From the NCBI GenBank assembly GCA_049516875.1, contig JBEKSS010000007.1, forward strand, positions 160,001 to 224,000: a DNA stretch of 64,000 bases, given 5' to 3'. The position numbers were made by a program, and so were the translations under genes. Below are positions 59,500-64,000 of this stretch, piece by piece; the stretch's first letter is position 1; each line of letters begins with the position of its first letter. The notes under the pieces are model-generated. The model saw only the letters and a list, made by a program, of their open reading frames with translations. It was not told where the DNA came from and made no database searches. The stretch is from Candidatus Bathyarchaeia archaeon (GTDB lineage: Archaea > Thermoproteota > Bathyarchaeia > Bathyarchaeales > Bathycorpusculaceae).

Positions 59500-60193
59500 C
59501 AAAAACCAAAAAGTAAGAGTGATTCTTTCGAGCATGTACCTGAGTCACGAGTCTACTCACACATGGTTTATTAGACCTTACAACGACGAACAGATCCTTT
59601 GTATAAAATCCGAGTGGTTCATAGTAATTTATGAGGTCCACATGCAAAAGGCGTTGTTTATTGGCACTAACTTGGTCTTGACACTTAACTATAAACACTC
59701 CGCCCTTACGAAGAACTCGCTTGGCTTCTTGACCAGCTTTGAAGTAAAGGTCTAAAACCACATCATAATACTTTGGTCCTTCTGAAACAACTGGTCGTTT
59801 ATGGTTTCCGTATCTTTTCCAGAAGGCATCATGCGAGCCCGTAAGAGCACCACTTTGTGTTTTAGAGCGCCTAAAGAAGCCTTCTGCATATGGGGGGTCA
59901 AGAACCTCGCAATCTATGCTCTCATCAGTATAAGGTAAGCTTCGACAATCAACGCCGGTCATAATATCTGTAGCTAAGAGTTTGTATGCTTCTTTAGGGA
60001 CATTCTTCCAAAAGATACCTTTACCATATGTCACGTCGGCTACAACTGCATCGAGAGGAACATGAAGTTGGAGGATTTTTGGAAAGACAAATTCATTTCC
60101 TTCCATGTATGTAGATAGTACCAGCTCGGTTGTGGTCTTTCCACCTTGGACTCGTTTCTTGTTATTGCCCTCTGATTCTACTTGTTCCATCAT
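59426..60193 (-). CDS. DNA amino-methyltransferase (m6A/m4C)
   Basis: DVTYGKG (motif I variant), DPPY (motif IV), RVLRKGG. Confidence 0.78.
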   Translation of the reverse strand: MMEQVESEGNNKKRVQGGKTTTELVLSTYMEGNEFVFPKILQLHVPLDAVVADVTYGKGIFWKNVPKEAYKLLATDIMTGVDCRSLPYTDESIDCEVLDPPYAEGFFRRSKTQSGALTGSHDAFWKRYGNHKRPVVSEGPKYYDVVLDLYFKAGQEAKRVLRKGGVFIVKCQDQVSANKQRLLHVDLINYYEPLGFYTKDLFVVVRSNKPCVSRLVTQVHARKNHSYFLVFVKKSGQSHSEVEKGRSGKEVAEAK

Positions 60194-60739
60194 TTTGCTC
60201 CTATGTTCACCCTGAATTTGGTGAGTGTGCGTGTCCGTGTGGTCTTCATATTCACGTATTCCACAAAAAGTAAAGCCTTTTAATTAATTAAGGTTTCAAT
60301 TTCTTGCTTAACTCGTATTCTTGTTTGGGGCATCTTCATTTTTTCCTTTTTGAGGTTTAATCGTGTTTTGAGCACGTCATTAGCGCTATTCGCCCGTAAA
60401 GTTTATAAAACTTTGCCTATTCAACTGTAAATTGCGGTGATTTTGCCAAAAGAGGCGCAAATTGAGTTCGCAGGTGGTGAATGCATGATACTTTCCTTGC
60501 TTGAATTGTATGAAACCTTGCCTTGTATAGCCATGCAGATCGGTTTTCCTTAGCGCGCGCCAGAGACTCAGATGTTCAGCAGAACACGTATACAGCGTGT
60601 CCTGAAATCCGTCATTATGCCTCAAAACTTGTTAACGATGCTGTTAATGGATTACGCTTGCAGGGTCACAACCCGTATTGCTACAAGCAGTGCAGCAACG
60701 CCCAGGACGCTTTGTACAAATCTGCCGGGCTTTTGCAGG

Positions 60740-62987
<2,248 letters not shown>

Positions 62988-63112
62988 AGCCCAAAGAACC
63001 TCTGATAGTTCATGTATGAAGAAGAATTCTAGACGCATACATGCAGATATAAAAGTTTAGGAGCAAGATCCCGAAACATTCCTTTCCCAGAGAACTACTG
63101 TGTTGGACAACC

Positions 63113-64000
63113 TCATCCTTTGTGATAATACGGTCTTCTAATGAAACAGTAGGCCTCCACTGCCGCCGTTATGCCTTGTCCCACAGCTGTTCCTATTTGT
63201 TTGACCGGATGATTTGTAACGTCGCCAGCCGCATAGACTCCCTCAAGATTCGTTCGTTGTAGACCGTCAACGATGATGTAACCATCCTCATCTACCGCGA
63301 CACCTGCCTCCTTAGCTATTTGACTGTTAGGATCTTCGCCCACCTGAACGAAAACCCCGTTGACTTCCAATTCTTTTGCTTCTCCAGTGCCCTTGTCGAG
63401 AAGCACGACTTTTTGGACAACTTTGTCGCCACGTACCTCTTTTATTTCCATGTTCAACAGAACCTCTACATTTTTTGTCTCCTTCAGAGCTTGAACGAGA
63501 GCGTCTTCAGCTCGGAAGGCTTCTCTTCTGTGGACTATCTTTGCTTCAGCTGCGATGCCCGCAAGATAAAGAGTTGTTGTTAAAGCTGAATTTCCGCCGC
63601 CTACAACAAGTACGCTTTTGCCCTTGAAAAATGGTCCATCACAAAGTCCGCAGTAGCTGACTCCTCTTCCGCGGAACTCTTTCTCACCCGGGACTCCCAG
63701 TTGACGGTAATGGCTTCCCGAAGCAATTATGACTGCCTTAGCTTCGTAGACAGCTTTTTGAGTTTGGACATGTTTCTTTTCATATTTAAGGTCCATGCTG
63801 ACAACGTTTTCAAACTCGTTGAGTGTCACTCCAGCGGCTTTGGCGTGAGCTACCATCTTTTGTGAAAGTTCAATTCCGTTAATGTTCTGAAAGCCTAGAT
63901 AATTTTCAACGATAGGCGCGTCTGCCGTTGTGCCCCCAGCCAGTTTTTCTTCCAAAACAACCGTCTTAAGGCCACCCCTCATTCCGTAGATTCCAGCGGC
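63113..64000 (-). CDS. trxB: Thioredoxin reductase (5' end outside the window)
   Basis: VENYLG, GRGVSYCGLCDG, GGGNSA, HRR, YAAGD. Confidence 0.88.
   Translation of the reverse strand, partial: AAGIYGMRGGLKTVVLEEKLAGGTTADAPIVENYLGFQNINGIELSQKMVAHAKAAGVTLNEFENVVSMDLKYEKKHVQTQKAVYEAKAVIIASGSHYRQLGVPGEKEFRGRGVSYCGLCDGPFFKGKSVLVVGGGNSALTTTLYLAGIAAEAKIVHRREAFRAEDALVQALKETKNVEVLLNMEIKEVRGDKVVQKVVLLDKGTGEAKELEVNGVFVQVGEDPNSQIAKEAGVAVDEDGYIIVDGLQRTNLEGVYAAGDVTNHPVKQIGTAVGQGITAAVEAYCFIRRPYYHKG

Overview
Archaeal chromosomal window. Alba, eS1/rps3ae, Trm5/Taw2 plus Trm112, HdrA-MvhD, a four-subunit Kor and dockerin-like surface proteins suggest Bathyarchaeia (inference, not a database result). It holds about 68 CDS: a nucleotide-sugar cluster, tRNA-Leu(GAG) followed by a ~4 kb integrase-less islet bounded by a 47-bp att-like direct repeat, an AT-rich membrane/surface-protein island, a copper-resistance cluster, a DEAD/Alba/SSB cluster, an hdrC-gltD fusion/hdrA-mvhD/korDABC operon, serS-rps3ae, a compact restriction-modification pair, nfnAB and a partial trxB. 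The most unusual signals are: (1) a ~127-bp internally repeated element present twice in inverted orientation; (2) a dispersed TGGGTTTGGGGGTAAA hairpin family near accessory-gene borders; (3) orphan tRNA 3' ends; (4) intergenic enrichment of (GC)n; (5) an HdrB-less flavin electron-bifurcation operon; (6) a probably catalytically dead UDP-sugar dehydrogenase. All calls come from motif recognition by eye.
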